DNA of 64,000 nucleotides, taken from the NCBI GenBank assembly GCA_002633005.1, contig NMRA01000319.1, positions 449,513-513,512 of the forward strand, in the 5' to 3' direction. Below the pieces are notes generated by a model that did no database searches, had not been told where the DNA came from, and saw only the letters and a program-made list of their open reading frames with translations. The stretch comes from Phoronis australis. Its lineage: Eukaryota > Animalia > Phoronida. The position numbers and the translations under genes were made by a program. This document shows positions 1-14,500 of this stretch, one piece after another (within the stretch, counting starts at the first letter, position 1; each line of letters begins with the position of its first letter).

Positions 1-1631
1 TGTCATTAAGTCGTCCATTTGATCCCCGTAGGTCCTGTTTTGTGGCGAGTCTGTCTGATTCGGGTGGATCGGAGGTCATGTTATGGGTCCGGAGGTCGTG
101 TTGTTTCTCACCCCCGTTAAAAAAGCCATTCATGTTGGATAAGGATAATTTGGCAGAATCTCTGTAGGGATGTGACATGAAGGTATCATTTTGCTCTTGG
201 ATGGATAAATGCCTTTATGACTTGAATCGGCACTGCCCGTTCAGTGAATGGTAATTGGTTAATCCTGTCAGGATGCCGTCCATTGGTAGATTTAGGGAGC
301 ACAGCCAACCCATTTCCACTTTCCAGGAAAGAATGGCACCCCCCAATTTCCTAGTTATGAGCACGTATGTGTTACTTTTCACGAGACCATATCCTGGAAT
401 ACGAGTAGCGAATACGCTATCACTCGGAGCAAACATTTTCGCCTGTGTCATTGCTGCAGGAGATTGAAGTGTATCTGATGAAATTGTAGCTTCCCCCATA
501 TTGCTTTTGCAACTGGTGTTGTCTGTCACACATGACAAAACAATGGTGATGTAATAGTGTATGGGTTGGGACTAGTTCCAGACAGCTGGATGTCAGTGTG
601 GGTAGTGCTGGTGACATTGACATGCTGGTTTGAAGGGCAGTTGTGGCATCTTTCTAAACTCAGAGATTAAATTTGTATGAGAGGGAGGGGGGAGGGGGAG
701 GGAGGCGTAGTATATTGCATACGATCGTGAGAAATGCCGGAGTTTCACGTTTTTACTAGAGGAAGACGTTTTCCATTTTTATGAGTTGAAGCTTTGTTGC
801 TGTACGCATCTCAGCATGCTATTGAGAATTCTCGTTTGTTTCAATGTTACGAGTGGAAATATTAAAATTTAGAAAATAATTCAGTGTATGTACTGGGAAG
901 TGTCCACCATCCCTGTTGTTACTAGATGATGGATGACAAGCTCTTGGTTTGTTAGTCACCCCCCCCCCCCATACATTCCTGTCTAATGATTGATTGAAAG
1001 TCGTTGGAGGGTAAGAATAGGTCTAATTTCTGTAGTACTAGTGCTGGAATTCACAAAATTCAATCTTGAAGGTTTTCCAAGACTGTGTCAGAAGCTTGGC
1101 TTGCTTAAAACGTGGTACAGTTTACTCCAGTTTTGACTGATGTTACAAACTTTTTTTAAGGTCGGATCCTGCGGCCAATGTAGCATGGTTGTTTCACATT
1201 TTTTTGGAAAATCAAGTAAAGAAACGAAAGTGATGCCGCATCACCTGGCAAATCACACTGTTTGAAACCTTGGCTTATACGCCCATGTGCAGCTTTATAA
1301 AAAACGATGCCTTGATAAAAATTGATTCAGGTGTGTTTTTTCTAGTAGGGAAGCACAGGTCTCAAAATGTATTTTCTTTACCTACTAGGAAACATTTTAC
1401 ACATAAATCTTCAATCTTGTGAGAGCGCAAAAATCTGTTTCACTCTACCCAATTCTGATTCGCAAGACAGGCAGTCAGCGAAACTGACTGGGGAAAAGCG
1501 CCATTTCTTTCATTCGTGGGAATTTTGACTATAGTTTTGCATGAATAGTTTGAACGTTCTTCCACACAATGGCAATTTGATGGAATGGGGACAGAATTCT
1601 TTTAAAAAAACACTGGAAAGTATCCTACCTT

Positions 1632-1748
1632 ACTGGCGAATTCAGGGGGTCCGGACCCCTCTTTCCCTTGACCTTAGTGATATCAAATTTAGAATTTTCA
1701 AATTGTTGACTTCGACCCCTCTTTTAAAAAATCCTGGATCAGCCCCTG
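1632..1748. mobile_element. Short MITE-like element (CAGGGGC-GATCCAGG end type)
   Basis: Right end AAAATCCTGGATCAGCCCCTG is the reverse complement of CAGGGGCTGATCCAGGATTTT; degenerate left end CTGGCGAATTCAGGGGG; internal GGGGTCCGGACCCC palindrome. Confidence 0.45.
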
Positions 1749-3513
1749 TTCCCGTACCAGGAAGCAAGACGCTGTCCGTCACTCTATCGTTGTGTAGTGC
1801 TAAGCAATATTTCACCATGTTGCTGATATGTCAAAAAATGGCTACGGTAATGTTTCACTTATTTTGCATGCAATATGGCCGACAAGTGGAATTAAAATTT
1901 CTTTTCAAAATGTATAGGTTAAGAAAGTGTTAGTCTACACGTGCATAGTTTTGTACTGTATAGACGCCATCAAGCAACATTTGGTGAAGTTTCCACTAGT
2001 TGTAGCAAACAGCCTTTGAAAAATGGAAAAAAATGACAATTTTGGCAATTATTTTTGGCTGAAGTAATTGGAGAATGGCTATTGACTGGCAAAGTTTTCA
2101 ATTATGGTAATGTGTTGCTGTTGTCTCCATATATTTGTGTTGACTCCATATTGCGAGTGTCTGCCCCTTTCTCCTGGTATCCCAGAAAAACCACAACAAA
2201 CCTGCGGTTTGGTGAACCCTTCTGTTTGAGTTTCAACTTAGCAAATAGTGGATATTTGTCTGCAACATCCTGAGCAAACCATGATGAGCCCACCACATCA
2301 CCACAGTGTTTGAGCCGCACCGGGCACAGTCTTGATGGTGTATGCTCAATTATAAAGTTTCTTGGTATTTGGATATAAGCTTTAGAAAATTTGTTAGTTT
2401 TCCGTTTTTCAAAGGATGGTTGTTAGCAACACTCCAAATTTCACTGTTGTTTGTTGACTTATTATATCACAAACAGTGCAAACAGTTAAGTAAAAGTGTA
2501 ATTAAAAAAATTATAAATTTGCTGCGAAACTAGAAAATAAGATTTCAATGCTCTGTGAAATTATGTAATATGTTGGAAGCTAAGCATTTCCCTAAGATGA
2601 TATAAAAAGCATCGTTTGGGTCAGACATGGTGATTTGAGTCACTTTCTCACATCTAGGTGGGGTTGATTATTTCAGGAATTAGTCTCTTGAGAAGCTGTG
2701 ATTTTGTGATTTGACCTTGCCAAGTTCTCATCTGAAGTGGGTTTTGCATGAAATGTGTCAGTTTTTAGTGTATTTCAGTGTAGTGTTACTGATAACCTTT
2801 GGGTGGCAGCACTTGAAATTGAAAATTGAATCATGGTATAACAACTGTTTATTATTTTTTTGGAGTTCAAGAATATGTGCTTCTGTGTAAGTGTGTGTTA
2901 ATGTCAGTTACAAGTCATCTGGTTAACCTCCAGTGTGGGGTCAATACTTCAGGTCAATGGTTTTTCTTTCCTCACAGTAGGGTTGGTTGTATATTGTCTG
3001 TTTTTTCAAGTTTTCAAGTGCAAATGTACTTACTCGTATTCCTGAGTGAACGTTTGATTGCTGTACTGCAAGATAAAGCACCTTCTTAAGATGTAACAAG
3101 TCTGCGTCGAAAATGAAACTGGCGCAAAATGAACTGTGTTAAAACAATTTAATGACGCTAGTGTTTTTAGAATCATATACCACTTATTTAAGTTGAGTGC
3201 ATTGCAATTAGAAGTCATTTGCTAGAGAAAAATGTTTTGAGTTGAGGAAAAGTTGGAGTTTATTTCTTGCTTTGAGGGCATCAAGTGGCTGTGATGTAGC
3301 AGCTTTTTGTTTTCTCCTGGTCTTGACTTTATTGATTATTTAGTCACAGACTAAGGATACAGTTGCCGTAGCAATTGTATAAAAGGCTTTATTGCCAAAT
3401 GCAGCTGGGTGTCTACCTGATATACTAGCCATTTGCATTTCCATAGTATTAAATTAGAAATGATTCTGGTGAGACAGGCCCTCATCTAGAGGGTGACTAG
3501 AAATGTACTCTTT

Positions 3514-4025
3514 AGTCCTGTCCACGCACACACTACCCTTGAACAACTTCCACTCATGCATTTTACCCACTTCGAAGTGGAGTGTCCACACACGCATGTC
3601 GGGTTACTCTAGGGTAAGGCGCAAGTTGTCGCTCTGTGTACGACAATGAACAGCTAATGCGAGTACAGGGTGCAAAAGAAGACTCACGCACGCACATGCA
3701 CACGCGCGCACACTCACACACACTCCCACACACATCCGATAATTGGAGTAAGGTGGAAGTTGACACTCTGTGCATGACAATGAACACACTGCACGCAAAA
3801 CAATTATCTGTGTGTTACTGCAGCTGATAATTGCACTTGCACCTTGCCTCAGGTTTGCGCCCACACACAGGAATTAGAAGTGTCGCAAGTTACCATAGAA
3901 CAAGTTACTCGTAAGTTGTCACTAGTGGGATAAGTTGCACTAGTTTAAACAGCGTCCGCACTACATCCAAACCTTGTGACAACTCGTTTCAGGAGTAACT
4001 TGTTCTACGGTAAATCTGTACGCGA
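3514..4025. mobile_element. Dispersed non-autonomous repeat family A, copy 1
   Basis: Shares blocks (GACAATGAACAGCT.ATGCGA, CAAAAGAAGACTC, AATTAGAAGTG..GCAAGTTACC) with 28650-28930 and 55504-55897. Confidence 0.7.
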
Positions 4026-5343
4026 ACAAAAATTTCGACAGCCTAGCTAGAACCGTCCTGTTCAACATTTGGACACTCAAGTAAAGAATGCAAGTGAGCA
4101 TTGTTGTCTCTTGCCAGCACTAGCTGCAGGAGCTTATTGACCAGTCCAGAATAAACAAGTTATTTTAGATCTCATGTAAGATACAAAAACTTTATCTCAG
4201 AACCATGTCTCCACAGCAACACTGCACACTCTAGCTTTAATTGACTTGAGGTCATAAAAAACCACTAATGGGACCTCAGACTTTGTTTGGCAACCCATGG
4301 CCTTGTGATTGTGTCACCACTATTGACTAGTGGGTCACTCATGTGATGGTGCCATCAACTTTGGTCCAAGTTGGTCAAGAATGTGTCAACATCCTGCTGT
4401 CAAGATGGCTACTTCTTATGTAACACCATATGCTTGCTACATGTATACAGTGACAGGGCATTTCCAGCCATCCTTCCTTATATTAAGGACATCTAAATAT
4501 GAAGTGGAAATTGATGCTGGTTGATTATACACTGGTTAATTTTATTTGCTTCCATGTGAGTTTGGCTTAGTTCTTGTCCTCCTGACTTTCTAGAGGGCTA
4601 TATATTCCTTTCTCTTTGGGAGGTTTATGTGTGGTAAATTTTTGGGCAGAAAATTCTAAGATTAATGACTTGTTCATTTTCATTAGGCTTCCAGCGTTGT
4701 TGTGAATGCTCACAGATTGTCGAAACAGTGTCTGGAGACAGATGCAGCATTTAATGTAACAATCTTTAATGGCATGTACTTGTCCACTATTCTTTGTCCT
4801 AATGTATAATTTTAACTTAAATACAAAATATATTGCATAACAATATAAGTACCTGTCTGAGCTGTGTTTTGTTGACCGAAGAAACTCGTGAAAACGTGAC
4901 ACCACGCTAAACTTGAAAGATTTCGTCATCCATTTCCATCGAAGCATATGATCACGGTTGCTTTTCTTGCAAGTGTCTTGGGTCTACGGAAGGCAGTGGT
5001 GCCGAGTCCAAATGTTGGAGATGAAACTCTCATTTCTACCTAAATGATTGGAGATTTCAGCTCTCTCTGTTGGGAGTCTCTGTCTTGAAACTCCTTATCA
5101 GCTATAATCATAAGCACATACAATTTACCCACAGAGGAAGGGGTTAACCATCACTGTGTGGTTTCTAAGTTTTCTTAAAATGTCTGTGGAAATTATCTGC
5201 AGTGGGAGGAATGTTGACATTTTGGTCATTTGTGATGAACAGAGGTTTTGAACATGTCGATAATTTAAGAGATTTTCTTTTAAAATTTAAGCTAAACTTG
5301 CTAAGCACTGTTACTGAAACGCCTGTGTCACGTGTCATTACAG

Positions 5344-5527
5344 ACATCCGCCAACAGTTGACAGACCAGCTGAAGTCGCTGGAGATGCGGCTCGACATGC
5401 AGGTTTCCATGGTGAGCGAGCTGCAGGACTTCTTCCGCCGGCGGGCCGAGATTGAGATGGAGTATTCGCGCAGTCTCGAGAAGCTAGTCAAGTCAATTAT
5501 GGTCAAGCACAAGGCCGAGAAACAGAG
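5344..5527 (+). CDS. SRGAP: srGAP exon (F-BAR start)
   Basis: cag|AC ATC CGC...CAG AG|gtgagt; IRQQLTDQLKSLEMRLDMQVSMVSELQDFFRRRAEIEMEYSRSLEKL. Confidence 0.93.
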
Positions 5528-8500
5528 GTGAGTCTTCCACTCCTACTTGACGCTGTAAACAATATGGGGCGTATTATTTGTAGCAACATCAAGAGATTAC
5601 TGAATAAGAGTCATCAAGTTGTAACGGAAGCCGCCTTTTCGGGTCATATTGTGTCACTGAGAGATCCTTGCACCAACAACAAAAGACTGATAACAGTTGT
5701 ATTGAATAGGGGTCTGAATAGAACACCATTGTGTGCGGGTCTTATTCGCAGCTGTTTGAATTAAAATATGATTCTCGCAGTGATGTAGACAAAAGCAAAC
5801 CAATACGCCCTAACAGTTCGTTACATTTGATAATTTACGGTATATTACTAGTGGGCTCAGAGCGATGCTCTGAATATACCGTAGGATCCAAATTTATTGG
5901 TTTTACCATTCAAGGTAGGCTTTAAGTGAAAATTTATAACACTGCTTTCACACGAAGATTGAAAACTAAAAGGGAAAGTGTTTGAAAAGGAAGAGGCTGT
6001 CCTTGGTAAGACTTTATGTTAAGGTGACCATAAGCCAATGTTCTGTCAGAGCACCTAAGGTTTAGACTACGTACCGCTATAAAAATGGTCTCAACTTGTG
6101 CCTTACTTGGACGAGAAGCGATTTTTGGTCTTGCAAAGAACTGACTGTTCGTTATTGCTCGAAACCACACACCATAAAATGACACGCCATGACACGTTGG
6201 GTTTTAGAGCCTGGTCTCCTGCAATAACAAGCGGTCATTTTTTCTTCGGATAGAAAACCCATCTATTGTGACTAAGGAACAATTTGAGACCAATTTCGTA
6301 ACGGTAAGCGGTCTAAATCTACGGTTGGTTGGTGTGACGGAAAGCAGGTATGTGGACGCTTTAATATATTTTTTCCACAAGTATAGCATGCCTTGGTTAC
6401 TGCGTCAAAAAAATTGTTTCCGCTTTCTCCGCTATTCAGACGAGAGCAATGGCCGCAGTTCTCAACGTACACCGCGTGGCAGCACCTGTTAGGGTTCACA
6501 CGTAAGGAGAGCAAGGACCACCAACTGCTGGGCGATATCTACAACACTCAGATGTGCTACCGGCTGGGGGACATCATGGATGACACGGGCCGCATGTACC
6601 GCAAGGTGAGTGGGGCTGCGCTTACCTTTTGAGACTCATTGTTAAATTGAATAAATTAATGGTGGAGATGCGTGTACTCATCTTGGACTCAGAACTAAGT
6701 ACGACTTCTGTTTGGACGTGTATGTATTTCAATGGCTAGCCAAAAATGATGTTTATTTCGAAAGGTATAACTTGAAACCGAAGCTCTGAAAGACGTTGAT
6801 TTAACATTTGTCTTCTACTTTTCTACAATTGTGTTGTCTAGAGTGTTTTTGCTGTTCTTAAAGTGGCACTTCAAGCAAGAAGCAAACTTTTGATTTAGAC
6901 CATTTTCCGCCTGTTCCTTACTCAGATTGGAATCCATTTCTCAGTTTGCATAGCAGCGACTGTTTTGTATTCCTTGTGACCGTACTCGGCGCATAAAATA
7001 ACACGCTGTGCAAAGATGACTTGTAGAGCCTCGTCTCGGGTCATAACCAACTATAAAGCCTCTTGAAGCTATGAAATCATCTCCAATTTGACTAAAGAGC
7101 ATTCCAATACTAATTTTACTCTGGGTTTATGGTTTATGATTTATAATTGAAAGGAGCAGATTGATTTTGGGGCTCCTAAAATGTGCGCAGTCTCAGTTTA
7201 AGTTTTCAACATTTATTTTCCATCTCTGAGTTAGTTAGCTTTGTCTAGATTTAGCTTGTTATCCGTTTTCTTTGATGTTGTAACTGGTCGTTACAAATTT
7301 ACTCCTAATTTTGTGGTTTTGAATTGTGCCATAAATGGTCTCATCTAGTGGCCATCATGGCCGTTACCAGGACGGCCAGTCATAAGTAATGACAGTCAAG
7401 ATAAAATCACAGGCTGTTTGAAGACAACCTGGGCAAAAACAGCAGCTAAGCGGAAAATTTTAACTGTTTTGATTGATTAATCGAGATTACAAACTAGTGC
7501 TGTCTTGTTTTACCGTAAATGTCACGCTGACGATCGACAAATGCTTTCAGCCATGATTTTGGGGGAACACCTCCCTGTCCTGTGACATTGGGTGACCTCA
7601 TGCGGAATACCCGCTTATGGGTGTGTTTGTCTTGCAAATTCAGACCCCCACTTTTCAAATCCTTGATGAGTGTGTGGTGCCGTGACATCGTGAGGCGCTT
7701 GCTTTGATTGGTGTGTTTACTTCCAGTGTCGTGAAGTTGCAATGGAAAGTCACGAAGAAATTTATAAAGTGCTAACAGAATTACAGTCGGTAAGTAATCT
7801 GTGTGCTGTGGTAATTTAATCCCCTATTCAGCCCATGATGTGGAATTCATCTTGTCAAACAATCAATGGTCTTGTCACAACATTCTCCTTCTCAGAATGT
7901 GGGACTCTGTCTCGAACATCTTATTTAAACATGACTCAAGTGCCCTCTATGGGGTTCTTGATTAGATTGTACGACATTAAACCGATTCTCACTTGTTTGT
8001 TTTTGTTTTCATTCTCGAGGTTTTTGAGTACTACTTGGGTGTAACTGGAGCCTCAAGATGCAGAGAGTTTCTCTTTGAAATATATTCATTTTACACTCTT
8101 GTCATGCATCCGCACTTAATAATGAATTTGTAATTTTAGTCTGGTGGTCGGTGGTGGTCAGTTTTCCATGGTATCAAAAATGACAACGTTGGCACTCTCT
8201 TTACTTGAAAGCAGTTATAAATCTGAATTTCCTTTCAAGAAGCGAACTTTTCATTTGGACCGCATGTCAAGTTTGTTATTTCTTGCGACCGCCGGCGAAA
8301 TAACACGCCATAACCAGTCAACTTCTTGAACGTAAGCTCCAGTACTAACAAACTGTCAGTTCTTTCAAAGTGCTGAAGTCACAACAATTTGAGACTAACT
8401 TCATTCCGGATAGTGTTCCAAATCAAAACGTGTTTGTTTGTGTTGGAAGGCAGGTTTATAGAGTATGTGTAGAGTTCACAAAACTAACAAGTGTTCTTGT

Positions 8501-11500
8501 ACGACTGGTTCCTGGTTTAATTTGGGAGAGCAGTCTGATCATGATCAGGTTCTGGTGTTTCTGAGTTGAACACTATTTGTGACAAACTATTCAATTGAAC
8601 TTGAAATCTGAAGATGTCCTATTGCAATGAGTGAAAGATCTGAAGATTTATTTGAATGCGCACCTATGCAACAGCAATACAACTTTGTAGTCATTTTTGC
8701 CAATTTCCTTACAGCTTAATTAACCTAGGAATTCATTAGTACAGATAAGACGTGATTTGTCTCATCATGTTCAACTTGTATATCATGACACAAGAAGCTC
8801 GTCATGTGACATGGAGAAAATAAAGACCTGATTTTAGGGAGCAACTGCATGCCGGTTAATTACTTCCTTCTTGTTATTCTTGTTTAGCTGGAGATTTACT
8901 TGGTATTACAGTATTCATAATTACATTGATCTTTGCAGGCATTGAAGACATACCACATATACCACACGGAGAGCAAACAAGCCGAGAACAAACTTAAAAG
9001 TGCCGAGCACCAAAAACTGAAAGTTGAACAGCAGACGGGCAAGGGCACTGTTAGTAGGAAGTACAAGGCTGTGGAAAAGGAGACTGAGAAGGTGTGGCTT
9101 GGGATTTGATTGACAAGTGAAGCCCGCCCCTTTAACCATGTATGGTGCTGGGTTTTGTGAAGCTAAATGTTGGAATTAAGCATGTGATTAATGGGCAAAG
9201 TTCTTCCCTCTCACCTGGTTTGGATTTTTTTAATTACCTAACTAGAAATTCGTCGCGAACCAGTGCTTCTTTTTTTTCCAGCGTCAACTGAAGTATCAAG
9301 AGAATAAAGTGCGTTCATTGAAGGCGCGAAATGAGTACCTGATGTGTATCGATGCGGCCAATGCAGCCAACAGGAAGTACTTTGTGGAGGACCTTTCAGA
9401 CATCATAGACGTAAGTACGCACTCATTGGTTTGTGCTGGACCCTTCTGGCATCATAAATGTAAAGATTAGTTGTCAACGCTGTGCTTGAAATTTTTTGTA
9501 TTTCCCCTCGAACAACCCTCTCTCTTGTAATGGAGCTGGTGGGTTTTTAAAACATTTTTATTTTGTCCACTTTTCATTACGCTCAATTTTGTTACAATTA
9601 ACGCAGCTTGTTTTGTCAGTTGAAAGAAAAATATTTCTGTGAAGGTTTGAGAATAAAATGTTTTGAATCACTCGCATATTTCACTGGTGGATGCATGAGA
9701 GAAACGAACTCAATTGTATTTTCCTCTAATTAATTCTCCTTTGCAACCTCATTCTTTGTATATTCTTTAAGATAGGAGGATTGCTTTGCATGTAACAGGC
9801 TCAGTATTTAACTTCTTTACCCCACGACCCCTCATTCCATGTGACCTCTAACCCTTCATGACTCCTACTGTCCTCTGACCCCTGTATGACCTCCACTTTC
9901 AGTGCATGGACCACGGTTACCACAACGCGTTGCAGCGCTCTATGTTACTCTACCTGTCTTGTGAGGAAGGCCTTCAGAAGTCACGTGCCGACCGCGTCCA
10001 GCGCATGAACCAGTGCATCGGTGACCTCGACGCACGGACAGACAAACAGAACTTCCTGGAGGCGAACAGTGCTCTCTTCTCGCTTCCGAAAAAGTTTGAA
10101 TTCCAGTCACACAAAGGCGACGAGGTGAGCGAAGCGTGTCACTGAAAATGTTTTAGACATTGATGGCTACTTCTCCTTCATTAGATCACTTCCCGCCAAA
10201 CCGACTGAATCTGTTGGCCTTAAGTTTATTAAGCCAAAAAAACGACCCATGAGCTTCAGTCTAACCACGCCTTATCCACAGAAAAGCAGATATTTCAAGC
10301 ATCAAGCCGTGAAATAATGCGAGCTAAAATGTGTTTTATTTGCCGTACTCGATTTTTGTGACTTGTCGCAAAGTTAAATCGGCATTAGACACTGACCATT
10401 ATGTAAAACGTATATCCCCGTTGTAGCTATCATTTTATGGTGCAGTTTCTAATTTAGCTTTAACATGTTTTCAGATCTGCCAAATAAGTGCCCAGAAGTC
10501 TGTTCAGGATGAGCTCATCCAAAGGTTTGAGAGTATGAACTCTCGGCTGAATCAGCTGAAGCTAGAGAATGATGAGGTAAGACCGTGAGGCTCTACATGT
10601 GGGGGTATGGTGAGGAAAGACAGCGAGGCTCTACATGTCAACCCCCTACTCTGAGCTCCGTGTGTCAAATTTTGAATTTTCACTAGCAATCGGTTTATGA
10701 CAAAGTAATCGAGCGTGATTATTGGTTATGGTGAAGTTGCTGTGTGTTTCACTCGTGCTTAAATGTGTCATAGTAACTTGACCCGTGGTCACCTGAGGTA
10801 CAACTGGACATTTAACCTTTGATTAAGATTCTGTTGGACCCTAAGAAAAATATTATATTTGCCTAACATCGGAACGACATAACTCGGAAAGTGTTGTGGA
10901 TTGTATTCAAGTGAAACCTTGAGATATTCTGTTTTATGCACTGTTCTGCTGTTAAGTTTTGTTTTTAAAATGTTTCACTTTTACATGAGGTGGTATCAAA
11001 CAATAGGAGTTTTTGAAAAACGTCTAACGTTGCTTGAAACGAAAATGAAATGTTGTTGTACAAAACTAACGGCGTTTTTTGAGATTTCATCTTTAAGACG
11101 TGTATCAAAAAGTTTGATCGTGTTGTCTATACCATTGCTTTGTTATTGATCATTTCTTTTTCCTGAATTTTTATAAACAGTTGTGGTCATGTGACTCAAT
11201 TAATGGCAGTTTGGTAAAAAGTCAAAATCAAGTTCTACGGGCGTAATACTTTCAAAAATATGTACTTATATTGATTGAAAATCCACGGTGTTGTTGATAT
11301 TTGAAATTTTGGATCAAAGTTCAGTGTGAAAATGTTCCCTAACTTGAGCACCACCGTTCTTCTCAGACATGGAAGTCGTTCGAGGAGGCGGACAAGTCAC
11401 TGATCACCATGATCAATGTGAAGGACTACGAGGTCAGCGAGCTCTTCGTCGAGAGCAATCAGCCGCCCAAATCACCGCAGGACCGAGAGAAGCGTAGTCG

Positions 11501-14500
11501 CGACCGCTTGGAGCTGGAGGACTACTATATGAAGGTTTGTGGGACTTCCTGGATAGAAATACCCGTTGTCATCATCTGCACCCCATCTTGGTTGATCGTA
11601 ATTTATCAAAAAATATTTTTATGTACATTCATATCAACCATTTTATGAATTCATGTGAGTGGCATGATATGGTATAACTTCATAGAAGGTGAAAAATCAG
11701 TTGTTATATGTTATGATTCATATGATTCACGGTTAGAACAGGTTTTCCATGAATGATGCTAAGAGGGATGATCATTTATAATCATTCTGATATGAATTCA
11801 CGTCAGCTGGGGGTGTACTGTTTTGTAACGGATAATCGTATCAAATACGGCAGTTTTATAACTTGCTCATCTATCTGTTTTATAGGTTTTACATCCAGGC
11901 TCAGTCTCACATATAGGTGCATTGACCTAAGTGCTTTTGTATACAGTATTCATCTGCCTGTGTTGACGTAAAAAAGAAATTAGAGAGTAAAGACGACTAG
12001 GCTCAGTCCTCCTGTAGTGCCTTGTGAAATTCGAAGTTGTACAATACAATTGACTGTCAGAGAAAGTTCTCTGTCTGTTTAGTCACAAAAGTTGGGGGAC
12101 ATGGGCAAGAATATGTTGTAAGCTTGCTGTGTGAAATTAAACTTCGCTACATGTGGATTTTCAAAATTAGGTTATTTTAGTTAGACAGCTTATCAAAGGC
12201 CAATTTTTTATCAACGAGCACAGTTTAATTACACTTTTGAAATTAAGTCAATTGTTGATACAATCTCCGCATGCCTTATTACCTTGTATCTTTCGTTGCA
12301 GAAATTCCGTGCGTACATTATCCAGGGTGACTTGAGTGTGAGGCTGACGGCCAAAAAGAACGCTATTCAAAAAGCAATAGGAGATGGGGCGGTCTCGAAG
12401 AGCGCAAGGTTCGTTGGACTGTTTTTCTCTGAAACTTGTGTAGGGTGTTAATCAAAAACAATCCACGGGTCATCAATAGAAATAAAGTCGCAGTATGTCT
12501 GTGAGCTGTGTCTCATGACCAGCCCTGTAGTCCAGCCATTAGAAGACTGGCAGACCGTAGTTTGAGAACTAGTTTGATGCCTGTTATTGAGTGGAAGAAA
12601 ATGGTTCTCAAAGTCCAGGGACTATAGGTAATAAGTTTATCGCTGGTCCAAAGCCTCTGGGCACATATACAAAATTACAAACAGATTCAATAAACATTCA
12701 AAATAGCTAGATGTTTCTACAGAAGTGACGTACAGACTTGTGTTTGGAAGAGAATTATGCGCATTTGTTGAAAGTCAACTCACGGAATTTTTCATTTTTC
12801 CAGACCTCCCTCCCTCCCACCAAAGCCACGCAAAAAGAGGATAGGTAAAGCTCCTTTAGTAGGTCAACCAAAGCTGTTTGGTGGAAGTTTAGAAGAATAT
12901 ATTGAGGTAAGGGCATGCTGGTTTCTTGTTCAGCAAATCAAAGCTCATTTTGATATTGCTTTGACTTTGCGTGTGGGTGATATTTTTATTAAAACATGTT
13001 TTATTGTAATGATTAAGATACGCATAAGTTTTTATCATTCGTTGTAAATTTTTTTATACATCTAATCAATGAGGTGTGAAAAAAGGGTTCAATGACCAAG
13101 TTATTATGATAGTCAAATTCGTTAGGATTAGTGAAGGTCAATTTTTGGCTTACTATATTTGTTTGCTCTAAAAGTTTTGCTTATGGAGGGCCTGATTTAA
13201 GACGGTTGAATTCTGTTGTGATTCGGCATTCATTGTCACTAGTCGAAAATAATCTCATGATTTAAGTATGCTACCCACAATTTCACAGCGATGGCTCTCA
13301 TTAGAACAATCTTGTGTGCTGCTGTCAGGCTGTCTCATTATGTTGTAACCCACGCTGTTGTGAGCTGTAATGAGTGGAAAAAATGACGAAAATGTATCTT
13401 TGTCAGCGCGCAGGCATTAATGAGTCTGTTGTGTATTACAGGCGACCAATCAGGACATCCCGCCAGTCATCAAGAGTTGCGTAAGAGTCATCAACCTACA
13501 CGGTAAATAGCGGGTGATTAAGTTGTTGATTCCGCGCTGACTCCAGAGTTAAACGTCATTATAGTGGCAGAGTTGGTAATTATTGTTAATAGACGTTCTT
13601 GTGTAACTTGAGACAGTAGAAAACAAGATATGTTCATTAGCGTGTCTTGTTTTGGAAACTGATGTGTTAGTCGTGTAGGTGAATAATGCATTGAAGTTCG
13701 TGGCTATTGAGTGTAATCTGACACTGTTCTTATGGATACATTTTTCTTCCTTCCCCCCCCCACTCCTGTTACTTTTCACCCCTCCCTCTATCCTGCAGTC
13801 TCTGTATATTTGTTCTTATGTCTCTTCCCTCTCCTTTTCTGTCTCCCCCTGCCTCTCTCAGTCTGCTTCTTTCTCATCTTTTCCATGAGGTCACATCTTC
13901 TCAAGATGGGCGGAGCTTCCCTAATCAATCACACTTTTATGCTGTTCCAGGAATGCACCACATGGGGGTGTTCCGAGTGTCTGGGGCCATTCCAGAGATC
14001 AATGAGTTCAAGGCAGCGTTTGAGAAAGGTAACTTTAAGGGTTGGGGTCTATGATTGGCTAATAAATGAGTCATGTGACGACTGCTTGGGTGAACCCCTC
14101 CAGGTTAGGAGGTTGTTTAGTCTCCTGTTGTTCAGCCGGCTGTACCTTAGACTATTGTAGCTTATATGTTAACTGGTTCATAATTCATTAAGGGGTTTTT
14201 GAAAATGGGTTATCAATTAGTGTGAAGATAGGATACAATTAAGTTTTTGTTTAAGTTTCAAAGTTTTATCAAAAAAGTAGTATCGCATTCCGAGTCTTGC
14301 TTTTGACCTTGTTGCCTAGAATGTGAGTAAATTTGAGAACATCTCGACACAAAGTGTTTTGAAAGAAACTGAACACATTCCCTTTTGATCTTTCATTAAC
14401 TAGGCGAGGATCCGCTGGTCGACGTTACCGATGGCAACTGCATCAACTCAGTAGCTGGTCTACTGAAGCTGTTCTTCCGTGAGCTGCGGGAGCCTCTCTT

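Noticed and set aside
215-2533. Short ORFs at the window start as the missing srGAP first exon or a nested gene
   Set aside because: No srGAP N-terminal motif, no recognisable domain, no convincing splice chain; treated as intron 1
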